This document shows positions 1 through 13,069 of a stretch of 63,558 nucleotides of DNA, one piece after another. The notes below the pieces were generated by a model. It saw nothing but the letters and a program-made list of their open reading frames with translations. It was not told the origin of the DNA and ran no database searches. Numbering within the stretch: position 1 is the stretch's first letter; each line of letters opens with the position of its first letter. The stretch is from Octopus bimaculoides. Its lineage: Eukaryota. The position numbers and the translations under genes are program-made. Location of the stretch: NCBI RefSeq assembly GCF_001194135.2, contig NC_068984.1, positions 54,608,344-54,671,901 on the forward strand, written 5' to 3'.

Positions 1-494
1 ATGCTAGACCACTGGTTTTAATTGATTAATTTCAATTTCTACCCTCATTAATTAATTTTAAATAATTGATGTTCTCATACCGGTAAATTTAGCTGCGAGA
101 GTTTATTAACTGCAGAATTATTTCCGGACTTAGCGCGCCAGATTGAAGACATTTGAAAGGATACACTGAATGTAATTTGCAGAACTCTACACGTGTTCCT
201 CTATAGATGGACGTCTTGTGTCTAGTTCTGGAAGTTATATTCTCATATCGACAGACTTACGCTGACGATCCTGCAGATATTTACTTATGTAAATTTTAAC
301 AGGTGAAACCATGTTTTCGTAGGTTAATCGTTTTTTTAATTTAGTATTTTTTTCATTTGTCTTGCCCGTTTACAGTCTGTTGTATCGCTAAAGTTTTTAC
401 TGAGAACATATTTCTTTCGTGGTTAGATGATTCGGCATCTATTTCTGGCATATAGGGATCAACATTTGCTGGTCATTCCTCTTATTTTTGTATG

Positions 495-496
<2 letters not shown>

Positions 497-533
<37 letters not shown>
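497..533. repeat. (TA)n microsatellite abutting the Tc1 left end
   Basis: Direct reading. Confidence 0.95.
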
Positions 534-536
<3 letters not shown>

Positions 537-1815
537 GGGTTGGATACAATGATGGAAACACCTTAAAATTTCAAACAAATGTACTTTAATATGGGGTAGG
601 ACCATCTTTGGCAGTAATTACAGCTTGAATATTTGAATATTACCAGGTATGGACACGTATAAAGTTCGAAATGTTTTCCAAAGGAATTTTTGTCCATTCT
701 TTATCTAAATCTGTCCCCCGTTCTTGTAGCGACGATGGCGGAGGATATCGACTCCTTACTTGTTTTTCTAAAATGCACCATAAATGTTCAATAATATTGA
801 GATCTGGAGACTGTGGTAACCAGATAAAATGTCGAACTTCACTGGAATGTTCCTCGCACCATTCAGTAACAAATTTAGCTGAGTGAATTGGTGCATTATC
901 AACCTGAAAGATTGCGTTTCTCTCCGGAAACAGTTCCGCAACCATAGGACAAATTTGATCAGATAAAATGCTTAAATAGTCTTGACTATTAATTCTGCCA
1001 TGAAGGGACAACATTGAGCCGGCGGATTTCCAAGATATAGGCCTCCAAATCATCAGAGATCCTCCTCTACGTTTAACAGTTAGAAGGAGGCAGTCTGATT
1101 CAAATGATTCTTTTGGATGTCTCCACACGTATATTCGGCTGTCGGTCGGAAATAAGGTAATGGATGACTCCTCCGAGAAAATTATATTCTTCCAATGCTG
1201 TAGGGACCAATTCTGTAAGTTTTTACTCCACTCTAAACACTGTGCAACGTTTGTTTTTGAAAGTAGTGGTTTTCTCATTGCAACCCTCTCATGAAATCCG
1301 GCTTTGTGCATCTCTCATCGAACAGTTTTTGTGGAACTTGGGTTCTCGAGGTTGTCATTAAGCTCTACAGTAATTTTGAGAACTGTGCTTTTGTGATCCT
1401 TTCCAACAATTCGCGTAAGAGTCCGACGGTCCCTATATGAATGTTTTGGTTTTCTTGCGGAGTCTTGTTTCGACGAGGAGGTTTTTCCCTCTTACTCAAA
1501 AGCTGTCATTATTTTCGAGATAGTACTTCTTGATACATCAAATATTTCGGCTGTTTTCTTTACGCTAGCGCCTGCCATACGAGCACCAACAATTTGACCT
1601 CTCTGAAAGTACGAGAGATCTGTTATTTTAATGAATTTTAATTATCTTTTTCTGATGATTTCTGAAAAGAAACAACAATTTCAGCAAAACATATTAAGCA
1701 ACACTAATAATAAATCAAGAAGCATAAAAATAAACAAGCTTTTGATGGTTTTGTAGATATTTCACAATTAGGATGCTATGATATTAGGTGTTTTCATTAT
1801 GTTGTCCAACCCCTG
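534..1815 (-). mobile_element. Tc1/mariner-superfamily DNA transposon, full length (~1.28 kb), decayed
   Basis: Imperfect ~30-bp TIRs: 534-563 CACGGGTTGGATACAATGATGGAAACACCT and 1786-1815 (reverse complement CAGGGGTTGGACAACATAATGAAAACACCT). TA dinucleotide on both sides (532-533, 1816-1817). Transposase remnant inside. Confidence 0.93.
640..1626 (-). pseudogene. Tc1-type DDE transposase pseudogene (HTH + DDE_3-like)
   Basis: ORF 640-1311 has IIFSEES (first D changed to E), GGSLMIW, FQVDNAPIH and WLPQSPDLNIIEHLW. The same frame continues upstream through stops as DLSYFQRGQIVGARMAGASVKKTAEIFDVSRSTISKIM (paired-like HTH). The start codon appears to be mutated to ATA. Confidence 0.9.
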
Positions 1816-3580
1816 TATATGCGTGTATACTGGCAAGAAGGAAAAACGCCTCACAGTATTTTTTCTTGCTTCTATGCATACTGAGGATATATCGGTGTGC
1901 ATTCTGTGTATCGACAAAATGGAAAAAAATCAACATGCTTTTCTTTAACCCTAGTGTAGTTCTGATGATCAACAACATTCCAATCATGACTCTCCCGTCT
2001 TTTTATAAGTAACTACGACTATATTATCCACTATGTCCAAATTTATTTAATGTGAGATTTGGTTTTATTTGGCTTGTATTTTTAGCAAGTCAGATGACTA
2101 CAAAATCTCTCTAATATTCTGTAATTTACACTGGAGTAGGTTCAATGGATTAATTACTTCACTCCTGAACAACAGGTTGATAAAACTATTCTTCCTATCA
2201 AAAGAAACGAGTATAAAGACATATATTCAAAAGCAGTGAATATATCTAGAACTTAAATGTTCTTGTGTAAAAGAATAATTAACTTTTACTCATTATATTA
2301 AGAGTATAAAGATGAATATCATCTGAAATATCTAACAAAATACACAAGCATCAGTTACTCCATTTATTTAATGTCTTTAGTGATGCTACTACAATAATAA
2401 AATTTATATATTAAATGATCATACCACACGTAGAAGATGAGCTGAAAACGCAGCAACACAATACAGCTACATATTCTGGATATCTTTTTTCCAATACTAA
2501 AGCTTAATAATTTGCAGGAATGCTTTGTGTTTCTTTCGCTACTCCAAATTATGTTATGTTACTCAAGTTGTTTTTTTTGTTTGTTTGTTATAGAACGTCA
2601 TTTCATTCTCCAACTCCGTCTTTGTGACTAGTAAAATCAGCAACACGATCATTTTAAGTCAGTCGATTTTTACATCCATTCATGTTGCATGTTGTCATAC
2701 AACATGAAACCATTGAGAGTTTATTAACTAACTCACCACTCCCATGTTTCTCTAATATTAATAAAGACATTTTGTTTACTGCAACTAATGCCTCTTCATA
2801 TTTTAGCTGTAAACTGTTCCAACCGTAAAACGTTTATGTTCCTTTCCAATATCGTTATTATTTCTTTCGTCTTTTGCCAACTTTCTTTCCATAACTATCA
2901 TTTTTTTGCATCTTGAAATAATTTGATCAAATTTCATATTTTCGTTTTCATGGATATAACATTCTATAAATTTTCCCCTCAAAGTTTTACTCGATTCAAA
3001 TTTTTTTCCAGTTTGCCTTTTCCGTATTTTACTTCATGTAAGACAAAATTGTTTTTACCGACTTCAAATGAATAGTGCTAGGTGTGAAAACGTTAAGAGA
3101 AGTATATCTGTTGTGTTGGTATAAATGTATGAGTTTTGTAGTTTACTATACATACTAAAACACATATTTTGCTATTGATTACATTAAATATACCATATTG
3201 TATCAATTTTTTTAACGTGCATCCTTTTATGATTTTTTACCCTGTCTTCGAGCAAATATTCTATATATTTTCTGTAGTGGAAATCATTTGGTGCTGTATT
3301 CGCCAAATATATTTCAAAGATAGTTTTATGAAATTCAGATATATGTGTTTGGAAACATTTAGTTACTATTCCAAAAAAGAACTTCTCTAACTTTTTCTTT
3401 GTTCAATGTAGTATCCTGAATTTAGTTTAACATTGTTTCCAAGTTCTTTAAGGTAAGTAAACTTACATTTTAAAAACCGTATTTGTAAGGATTGATATTC
3501 CACAATCGAATGGTTAAAAGTTAGAACACTGATCAAATACTTTTTTGATAAAGAAACTTGACCAAGACTTCTCCATAATA

Positions 3581-3700
3581 ATGGTTTCAAATTTTGGTAC
3601 AAGACCAGTAGTTTTTGAGGGGATGGGGAAGTTGATTACATCGATCAAAGTACTTGACTGGTACTCATTTTATCGACCCGAAAAGAAGAACGCAAACATC
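3581..3700 (-). mobile_element. SINE family A, 3' fragment
   Basis: TGGTTTCAAATTTTGGTACAAG...CTGGTACTCATTTTATCGACCCGAAAAG matches the reverse complement of the 3' half of the family-A copies at 34772 and 40086. Confidence 0.75.
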
Positions 3701-4689
3701 CCTCGGTAGAAAGACTTCCCCATAACAATAGCAACGATATGAATTATAATCTATTGAAAAGACTCAACGGAGTTTCTCTATCTGTTAAAGTAATGTAGTC
3801 CTAGATACACTATTCTCAAAAACACGTGTGGTGATGTCTAGAAAGAACTTGAACATTGGTTGACTCAATAAAAGTTGAAGTGCAATTAAACAACATTATT
3901 TCTTTTTATGTTATTTAGTCACAGATCAGACCTGATCATGTAGGATGAAGAAGTACTCCAGCCGTGACTATCCCGTCTTGTTTTGAGGTATAGCGTATCT
4001 AGAACAACACTACTACCGACAACAAAACAACTACAATAAAATCAATAACTGCAAGATTGTACCGTTCATCACCACTGGAAAACAAAAGCAAGGCCATAAT
4101 GCATGTCTTGTTATAATGACTGTCAGTCGATGAGGTGAGTAACACACAAGAGAGAACCTTACTGTATAAACGCACCGATAACAGGGAGTGAAAACTTACA
4201 ATAACTAACTCTAAAATAGACATAGAAACACCTGCCTGGAAGATGTATGAACTGTACTGGGATGTGTTTCTATAAATGCAGTACGGGAGGACGATGATGA
4301 CAATGCTTAGTCAGTACAAGGAGGTTATGGGATTCAATATCCTTCCTTAATAAAGTAGAACATGATTACTTACAGAGTCCTATGCACCTGCAAATTTTAG
4401 TTTACCTCTCCGAAGAATGCGAGTGGTGGATGATAACTGAAAAAAAGCTCATAAGATATACCTGCTGCAAGATCGCTTTTTGTCGTTACCAACACCTCTG
4501 AATCCAATAACAAAAAACGTCACAGTAGCAACAGCCGTATGAGAAATAACACTCAGTATTCTGATAAGAAAAAGCAGCAGCATCAACAAAAAACAACTTC
4601 TAAAATCAAATCTTGCAAATAAAACAGAAGTGCCCTTTCCAAAAACCGAACAACATTCATATGCAACCTGATATGCAGGAACAAGCACA

Positions 4690-5060
4690 AACGCCATCCG
4701 CGAGACCAGAATTTCCGAAACACATCCACTGGTCATCCTTTTGACCTCTTTCGATCAGCCAGCTTTCAACAGCATGGTAGGATTGTTTCAGAAAAACTTG
4801 GGTCTAGAGATGAGCATGATACTTTTTGATTCGGAGTTGGTGGTCCTGGATGTAAAAAACAACGATTGGCATTGATGTTTTCAAGCTAGTGCTGTTTACG
4901 CCCGGGCACGTGATGAACGACCGAATTTCTTCAGATATCTTGAGACATTTCTTAGAAAACAGTACTCATTAGTGTCACTAGTTGACTAAAGTGGCATATT
5001 GGAAACATGTAGGCATTCAGTGAGAACGAGACAAAGGTTGCAAAATCTCGAAGACTAACC
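4690..5060 (+). pseudogene. Decayed APE endonuclease of an L1/Tx1-like LINE ORF2
   Basis: Broken translation AIRETRISETH ... DSELVVLDVKNN ... AVYARA..RPNFFRYLETFLRKQYSLVSLVD*SGIL resembles the APE motifs (xETx, GRLVVLD, VYAP, GDWNAIL). Many stops. Confidence 0.5.
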
Positions 5061-5908
5061 AGTTCCAACTGTCTGAGAAGTAGCATCTAAATTTCACGAA
5101 TATACACATGCAAACCCGGAAAAACCATTCAAGTGGCAACAAATTCGGTTACTTGGTGAAAAATATCCCGAAATTTATGATCTGCTTGGTCAGTAGAAAG
5201 AGATATGGTTAACAAAAGATCAACAGGCTTTTCGAGTACAGAAAGCTTTCAAGGATTAGATTAGCGAATAATTTAAGCGGGAATTGTCGGGTGCTACCAT
5301 AAGCAACAGATGTGGGGTCTAATAAAAAGAGAAATATTAGACCAACATATTAGTCCGGATAAGGAAACAGTGAACTAAGAAGAGTGAACTTTCTTACCAA
5401 CTTCGACGGTTAGGGTCAACTATTACCAGGAGAAGTAAAGTGTTGTAAAAGGTTAACGACATATGAGTTACGGGAGGTACTAAGTGAATGTGCGAGGGAC
5501 AAAACAGCGGTTTAGATTGTTCGCCAAACAAACATTATTGTCACATACGAAACTTGTTCGCTATTGTATTTGTATACGTCTGTTGCAGCTTCAAGCAAAC
5601 TAAAATCATTCTTAGTTGCATGAGTTGTTAATAATTTCAACTTAATGTCTTTGTTAAAATCAATGTTAAAGATTTTGGCCAAAGTACCTGTAAAAATGTT
5701 AGCACTTACCCTCTGTTGTGTAGTCGATTCCACACAGTCCTCATTGATTGCTAGTAAAGCCGTCCAGATCAGAGGCCTCTACCGAGAGACAGACAAAAGA
5801 GAGCTATGTTTTTAAATGCAGTCGCCATCTTAGTAAGGCTGTCAGACATTATGGAAATCAGGATGGTCGACAAATTGAATGAATATGAAGTAGTTACGGG
5901 AGTACGCA

Positions 5909-6138
5909 AGGAAGCGAGCTGGCAGAAATGTTAGCACGCCGGGCGAAATGCTTAAGGTATTTCGTCAGCTGCCACGTTCTGAGTTCAAATTCCGCCGAGG
6001 TCGACTTCGCCTTTCATCCTCTCGGGGGTCGATTAAATAAGTACCAGTTACGCAGTAGGGTCGATATAATCGACTTAATCCGATTGTCTGTCCTTGTTTG
6101 TCCCCTCTGTGTAGCCCCTTGTTGGCAGTAAAGAAATG
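5909..6138 (+). mobile_element. tRNA-derived SINE family A, full length, with an ORF1-element-type 3' tail
   Basis: A-box-like TGGCAGAAATGTTAG, B-box GAGTTCAAATTCC, central GAGGTCGACTTCGCCTTTCATCC...AAGTACCAG. Perfect 17-bp TSD AGTTACGGGAGTACGCA at 5892-5908 and 6139-6155. Confidence 0.92.
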
Positions 6139-6531
6139 AGTTACGGGAGTACGCATTAGTCAAGTGACAAGTCATTCGATTTATGGAGATACATATCCCC
6201 TGAACTTAAGGTCTGGTTGAAATGTTTGGGGCTTAGATGTGTTCACACCTTAGGTTGTGAGGAATTGAGACGCAGTTAAAGCCAGACTTCCTTGACTTAC
6301 TCAATAACACGTTGAGAGTCTGAGAAGTCGGGTAGAGCTAGCGAGCGTCTAAATCGCTTTCGCAATGAATTACCACCTCATATCCGCGTCTTACGTAGAC
6401 GGTATCTGACCAGAAGGAGTCACCAGTTAAGTATAGAAGGAGAGTTTCTCTCCGATAAATGTATTGAAAGATGGGTGAGAAAATCGAATTACTGTGGCTG
6501 ATGTACCAGTATGCAGATACACACAGACACA

Positions 6532-6533
<2 letters not shown>

Positions 6534-6575
<42 letters not shown>

Positions 6576-6692
6576 ACTACATATGCACACACAACTCACG
6601 CACAACTGCACACGCACAACTCACACACACACACATACACACAACTCACATATACAAACACATACGCACATCACGCGAGCACAAGCACAGAT

Positions 6693-6778
<86 letters not shown>

Positions 6779-6795
6779 ACACACACGCACGCACA
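6534..6795. repeat. Compound (TA)n/(CA)n microsatellite
   Basis: Direct reading; source of the spurious HT/YI-repeat ORFs. Confidence 0.95.
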
Positions 6796-6980
6796 GGCAA
6801 GCACAATGTCCTTCACATTCAGAAAAGTTATGTTTCGATATGCTGAAATTTATAAATGTTTGTTTTTATATGAAGAAGACGCATGTGACTCCACATTTCG
6901 TATAGAGTTCCTTATGAACTAATGTTCTATTAAACGTCTAATCTAACATACCGCCAATATGTTAAACACCTATATATTAC

Positions 6981-7013
<33 letters not shown>

Positions 7014-8205
7014 ATACATGTCTATTGATTTTCACGCCGCAAAGTTTTGTGATACATGTTTTGCTAGAATTTGGTAACAAAATCGAATCAGACCTTTAAA
7101 TGGCTTGCATTTGTGATATTCTAAATGAATATTTGTAAATATTTAAACACAACAGTTTTCCGTTTCACTTTCCGTGATACACCTTGCTTTGTTCAATTTA
7201 CTGTCATTTACAGCTAGCTGGCGGGAAGAAGTAGCAAGCAACAACTTCCTTGTTACATGCTGAAAGAAGTCAAATCAATTACTGATGATGCAGCTGTCAT
7301 AAAGTTCAGATAAAATCACTATAAGGTTATTGTGGGTGTAGGAAACAGTTGATAGCAAGAAAGCTTATTGTGAATCTTAGAAAATAATTCTTATGAAATG
7401 AATAAATATCAATTTATTAAAGAATAGCAATAGAGCAATTAAATGCTGAATTTATTACTGTACTTACTAGTTTTGCGGCCGTGATTTAACTTCAAAGAAA
7501 GGCAATGAATATAAAAATAACAAAACAGTAATAGAGACAACAGCGGCGATGACGGCGATGACGACGATGACAGCAACAACGATAGCATAAAACCCAAAGT
7601 AAAATAAAGCACCACGAAACTAAAGCAAGAATGAAATAATGTAGACATAAATGTTATAATTTGTCTTCGTTCGAATTTGTTTAGAATTGCTAATTATATG
7701 AATTATATTTCTTATTTGCAATGATTTACTTGGAGAAGAAAGTTACTGCAAATTGTTGTTTAGTTCGAGGTTAGCTATTACCATAGGCTTTCCAGCTGTG
7801 ACTATTTCGTCTTTCATGTAAAGACATTGCACGTGGGACCGCACTAGCTAATGTGCCTGAATTTCTTTTCTAAAACGGTAGAATGCGATTTTGTGCAAGT
7901 TTGGCTGCTGTTTCTAGTAAGTCAGTGTCCACCCATTGATTAGTATTGGTTGAAGTAGCATTATTTTATTACTTTAAAATACAGACGTAATGGTGAATAA
8001 AATGTTTGGAGCTGTGTTTAGAGAGATTAACTAAATGTGGGAAGAGGTCAATTAATGACGTGTGACATCTGGATGGCGAACAGGGTAAAGATGGTAATAT
8101 GCCGGATTAAACGATTTAACTGTATTTAGTTCGTGTTGTTTTGTCTTAATTCTGACTTAAAATTCTGTTGAATGATTCTAGTAGTAGTAATAGTAAAGAA
8201 CAAGA

Positions 8206-8207
<2 letters not shown>

Positions 8208-8245
<38 letters not shown>
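8208..8245. repeat. (CTA)n microsatellite
   Basis: Direct reading. Confidence 0.95.
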
Positions 8246-8660
8246 AACACAGCCTTATAATAAGAGAAAAAAACCTAACGTGGTTCTGTTGCAATTGTGA
8301 ATTGGGATAAAATCTCGTAAAAAAATGATTTCATTCAGTTTTAGAAGTTGATATAAAATCGAACAAACTCTTTCTAATGTCTGAGAAGTGGGGGATACAA
8401 CTCATTAATATAAATTAGTTTTACAAAATAATTCATATCAGTTTTATCTTATTCTAATTCATAATAACAATACGTGATAAATTTAGAAAATTTTATGGTG
8501 AATAGTAGGATCCGCAGTTAAAACATGTTATATACAATACTAGTGTAATTAAATTTCCCGAATAGAAATTGGATGAAAATATGTGAGTCAGCTACCTTAA
8601 GAATAATGAACCGTAAGAAGTAGTTTTTACATTGAATCCTTATTATAGAATATTGATAAT

Positions 8661-10112
8661 CTTCCCTCTTCGTAGTAACCCACATCTCATTTGCGTATAA
8701 GAGCTCAGGTAGGATGGTGCTATTGAAAAGTCTGGCTCGTATGGTATTGTCCAGTTCTGATTTGAGCACATCTTTTATTGAGGTAAACACCTTCTAACTA
8801 GCCCTTATTCTTTTCGAGATTTCAGCATCTATTTCTCGGCGTATGTCCATTTTGTGCTCTAAGTAGATGTACTCCTTTACCTCCTCCATTTCATCACTTC
8901 CAACCTCTATTCGGCTCTGTGCTACATCTTTGGACCGCGTGGTTTTTTTCTTTCCATGTGGTTCATTTTAAGGCCTACTGGGTGTCCAGCTCTGTCTGTA
9001 TGGTCTGCAGCTGATTTGTGACTTCCGCGTTGAGTACAATATAATTTGCGAATCGGAGATGAGTAGCTCGCAGTTAATGTTCACGCTTTCTGCCCAGACA
9101 ATGTCCATGATGACCATTTCTAGACATACGGTAAAGAGCTTTAGCGAGATGGGACTTCCTTGTTTGACGCCGTTCCAAACTGGAACTCTTACTGGTGGCG
9201 ATGGCAGAGCTATATCAATTGTACATACTGAGTTCGCATCTTTGAGCAGTTTGTGTATTGCGCCTCGACATATTGCATTTTCAGAGATTTCAGCAATGCA
9301 TTCATTTCGACGCTATCACCTAATAGCTTTGCAGAGAACAGAATACTTTAGGCTATCTTTCATGTTCCTCCTCATAGTTTTTTTCGTTTCTCTAATATTT
9401 TCTTTGTCTCTTCTGTCAGGGTCCGGCTAGCTTGCAATTCTCACCCTCTACACACAACTTTAATTTTCTGGACCAGTGAATTGTAGTGCTCGTCAAGCTT
9501 TTCAAGTTGACTCCAAACTTTCCTCTTGATAGCATTCTGCAACTGCGTCACATCGAAGGCCTTGAGTGTTGAGTCTTCATTGAGATGTGAAGAGCTTTTC
9601 TCTCTTTCTTTGTCGACCACGATTTAGTCAATCTCATTTTTATACTGAGCGGCTCCAGATTGCTTCCTGAATAGATTGTTCCCAATGTTTAGTATTCTTG
9701 CCGCTGCCATGGTAATCAAACCTACTCTTTCGTTTCCCGATCCATATTTTCCAACATATTTCTCGTCTTGCCACCCTATTTCAACCTTTTCTACGAGAGC
9801 ATATTCGAAATTAAACAATTCGAGAACGTAGTGGCGTGAACGATGGGATCGCAGAATACCGAAAGTACAAACTCTGCTTGGCCGGAGATGTCGTAAGGTT
9901 CACATACAACAGGTGGATCCCCACAGCTACCGAGTGATATCCAAGAGATCGAAAAAGGCCACTTGGAAGACATCTACAACAATGAGAAGATTTAATTAAA
10001 TGATTTGGAACAAGATGGAAAAGAATGACGCAATGAAGAAAGAACTGGAAACTTATCGTAACCAGCGATGTATAAAAACATCTGATAGCCTGGGCGATAC
10101 AGTGACACAGTG
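8661..10112. mobile_element. RTE-clade LINE, 5'-truncated, 5' part inverted (8661-~9788 on minus, ~9790-10112 on plus)
   Basis: Minus strand: APE end (GKYGSGNERVG..ILNIGNNLFRK), RT (VPVWNGVKQGSPISLKLFTVCLE; RARLFNSTILPELLYANEMWVTTK). Plus strand: RT C-terminus (LREHIRN*TIRERSGVND..LAGDVVRFTYNRW; YPRDRKRPLGR). Candidate TSD ATTATAGAATATTGATAAT 8642-8660 / ATTATAGAATAT-GAGAAT 10113-10130. Confidence 0.88.
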
Positions 10113-10817
10113 ATTATAGAATATGAGAATGATAGAAATACCACTTTGGGACAACATTCCTGTATTGTAATAGAAAAATATCCATAGTGTATTAGCTGAG
10201 CTACCTTTATAGGCGTAGGAGTAAAATAAAGTGCTCTGTTTAAAGATATATTATACTTTCTCGTAGAGAAAGTTGGATGTTTCACAACACATCTTCATAG
10301 ACAAAACTGACGTGCTTTCAGATCAACTCCATTCCTCTCTTGTATTTATAACGTTAACAGACTTCTTCACTTGTTAGCTACTCAAGGATAAATCTATGCT
10401 GTAATTTTAATTTTAAACGATGCATAGTTCATTGAAATGTATTATTTTGGATTCTTTCTAATGAATTGGAGGCATCGATCATTCTTAGAAGTTAATCATG
10501 TCTGACACTATAAACAACATAAATGCTTGTATAACTGTAATATAAGATGCAGTTAACAGCTAATTATTACAGTCAGAGTATTTGAATAGATAGAGAAAAT
10601 CTTCATTCATTCTTTCCTCCATCATTCTTCTGAAACTTCTTTCTCTTAAAACGACTATAATCGCCTTAATACTAATTAACAACTGTAGAATTTTCAGTTA
10701 TTACGTTACTGCTTATTTAACCTGATTATAACCCTGAGGTCGTCATGACTTTCCTATGATTGTAATATAATGAATGTTTCTTTTTCAGTTAGAATTTAAA
10801 GGAAGAATTTTGTACCA

Positions 10818-11025
10818 TTGGTTTCAAATTTTGGCATCAATTTCGGGGAGGGGTTAGTTGATCAAATCGACCCAATGCTCAATTAGTGCGTCTTTTATCA
10901 ACCACACCGAAAGGGAGAAAGGCAAAGTCGACTTCAGCGGAATTTGAACTCAGAACGTAAAGACGGACGAAGCGCCGCCTAGCATTTTGCCCGGCTTGCT
11001 AACGATTCGGCTAGTTCACTGCCGG
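10818..11025 (-). mobile_element. SINE family A
   Basis: Reverse complement matches the family-A head, B box (GGAATTTGAACTCAGAACG on plus) and the GTGCCAAAATTTGAAACCAA-type tail. Confidence 0.88.
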
Positions 11026-11196
11026 AATCAAATATACACGGTTTCTGAGTACGATGGGGCTCGAATGTTTCCCTTACTGTCATATTCATCCACAGAAATA
11101 GCGCTACTAAATTTATAATATCGACTTAATCTCCTTAATTTTTATATTTCGATTTCATTTTTGGCTTCTATCTATAACTATAAAAGAGAGTTTGTG

Positions 11197-11202
<6 letters not shown>

Positions 11203-11232
<30 letters not shown>

Positions 11233-11295
11233 TGTGCGTGCGTGTGTATGCGTGTGTGTGTGTGCGTGCGTGCGTGCGCGCGTGCGTGCGTGTGC
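11203..11295. repeat. (TG)n/(TGCG)n microsatellite
   Basis: Direct reading. Confidence 0.95.
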
Positions 11296-11605
11296 TCGTA
11301 TGTTCCTTATGCATTTCAAACCTGAGTTGCCGATTTTCATGTAAGGGGTATCAAAAGATTCAGTAAGGTTTTGGTTACCAACTAAACTATATTTTCATTC
11401 ACATATTTGCATTACAAAAATTTAACATTATCATTTTTCTTTTAGTCACCTATTGACATTTTATATCACCACCATAATGACGATGACGTCACATTTTCTA
11501 TATGCGTATGTTCGCACGCTCGTTACCTACGTTGGGCCGATGACTGACAAGTATGTGTGTGACGGTGTATGTATCTGTCAGTATACATACATTTTTGTGA
11601 CGACT

Positions 11606-11644
<39 letters not shown>

Positions 11645-13069
11645 CTAAAGACAGAGACAGATACAAACAGGGACAAAGATAGGCTTCACATGTGCATTAA
11701 TGCACGTGTGTGTGTCTCTTAGTTTATGTATGCAACTTCCCCTCTCCCCAACAGTGAAACACGTGGATATTGAAAGTTCACTTGCAGCTTGGACATCAAA
11801 CAAACAACAACGTTCACTTTCAAGAACTACCAACATGAACATTTGCTTCATTTAACACCACTCACAATACTCTCAAATATATCTGTTTCAAGATAATTTT
11901 TCTTTAACACTCCTTGTGTTCTTCATCACTGTGAGTGTCAACGTCGCACAACCTTTTTACTGCGTTACTCAGTATTTTTTTACAGGCTATAATGTTACAC
12001 AGTTCAAAAACAGCATCTTCCTTTTTATTCACTTTGTTCAGCGTTCGTTTCAAAATTATAAAATAAATTATTTTTGTATGTAAGATTGAATTTTCTTGGA
12101 CTTTCACTTACTTCACCGTGACATTCATTCAATCGTGAATTTTAAAACTTTTAGTACATGTTCCAAATAAATGTTGACTTTCTGTACTTTCTTACATTAG
12201 TGACGCATATTAACTTATGATAAATTGCTATTTTTTTTATAGCCTAACTATGCTACAAAAGTATGTTTTGCACCTATATTGACTACATTTCGTTTCGCTT
12301 GAACTGCGTGTGTGTACCTTTTGCTATTTTCAATATCGATTCTATGAGTGTGCGTTTCTGCGTTCGTTACGTCTATAGAACATTTTACGCTGTTTTAATG
12401 AGCCTACATCTAATGAAGTAGCAATCCTTTATGGTTGGTGATCTCCATGAAAATCATGATATTCTCATTCGTGTTCAAGATAACAACCTTAAACATGTTT
12501 CACAGATTCATCCCTCTTATGATGCTCTCTAGTATAATCTTATTCTGTAGAATGGACAAGATGGGTATTATTTTAATATTCCTCGGATTGAGCTTGCAAC
12601 AGGATAGCCAATTACAAACAAAAGGGCCTCTCTCTCTCTCTCCACACACACAAAATATGAAACACATTTCGGCGCCAAAAATTGCAATGGGAAAATCTAT
12701 TTGGGATTATATATATATTATATCCGGTGATTTTAAGAAGTAAGAAAAAGATATTTTGTTAATATTAAACTTTTACTCCGTTTCACACAAACAGGCAAAA
12801 ACTCTAATGTGTTTTTTTTTAGATGAATTTATCGTTTGTTATCTCTCCACACACTTCGTTACCACTAACTTCTATAACCTCTGCATTTTCACTTATTTAT
12901 TTCAAACTTCTTTGAATTTTCAATATAATGTAATCCACACTCTCTCGAAAACATATTTCTGTAAAATATTATCTAAAATTATGGGTAAAGAAAGAAATAG
13001 CAAAAAATATTTGAAAATGGGGGTGGTGGTGAAATTTCCGTGGGTTTCATCCCACCCCACCCCACCCCA

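Noticed and set aside
2450-3560. Possibly decayed coding sequence on the minus strand
   Set aside because: No recognisable motif, frequent stops and no termini; cannot be assigned.
6338-6922. Long ORFs rich in HT/YI/CV repeats (also ~33.9, 51.6, 53.1 and 55.3 kb)
   Set aside because: Translations of CA/TA microsatellites, not genes.
7221-7270. Possible terminal exon SWREEVASNNFLVTC* after a good acceptor
   Set aside because: No linked upstream exon or homology; such acceptors occur by chance in AT-rich DNA.
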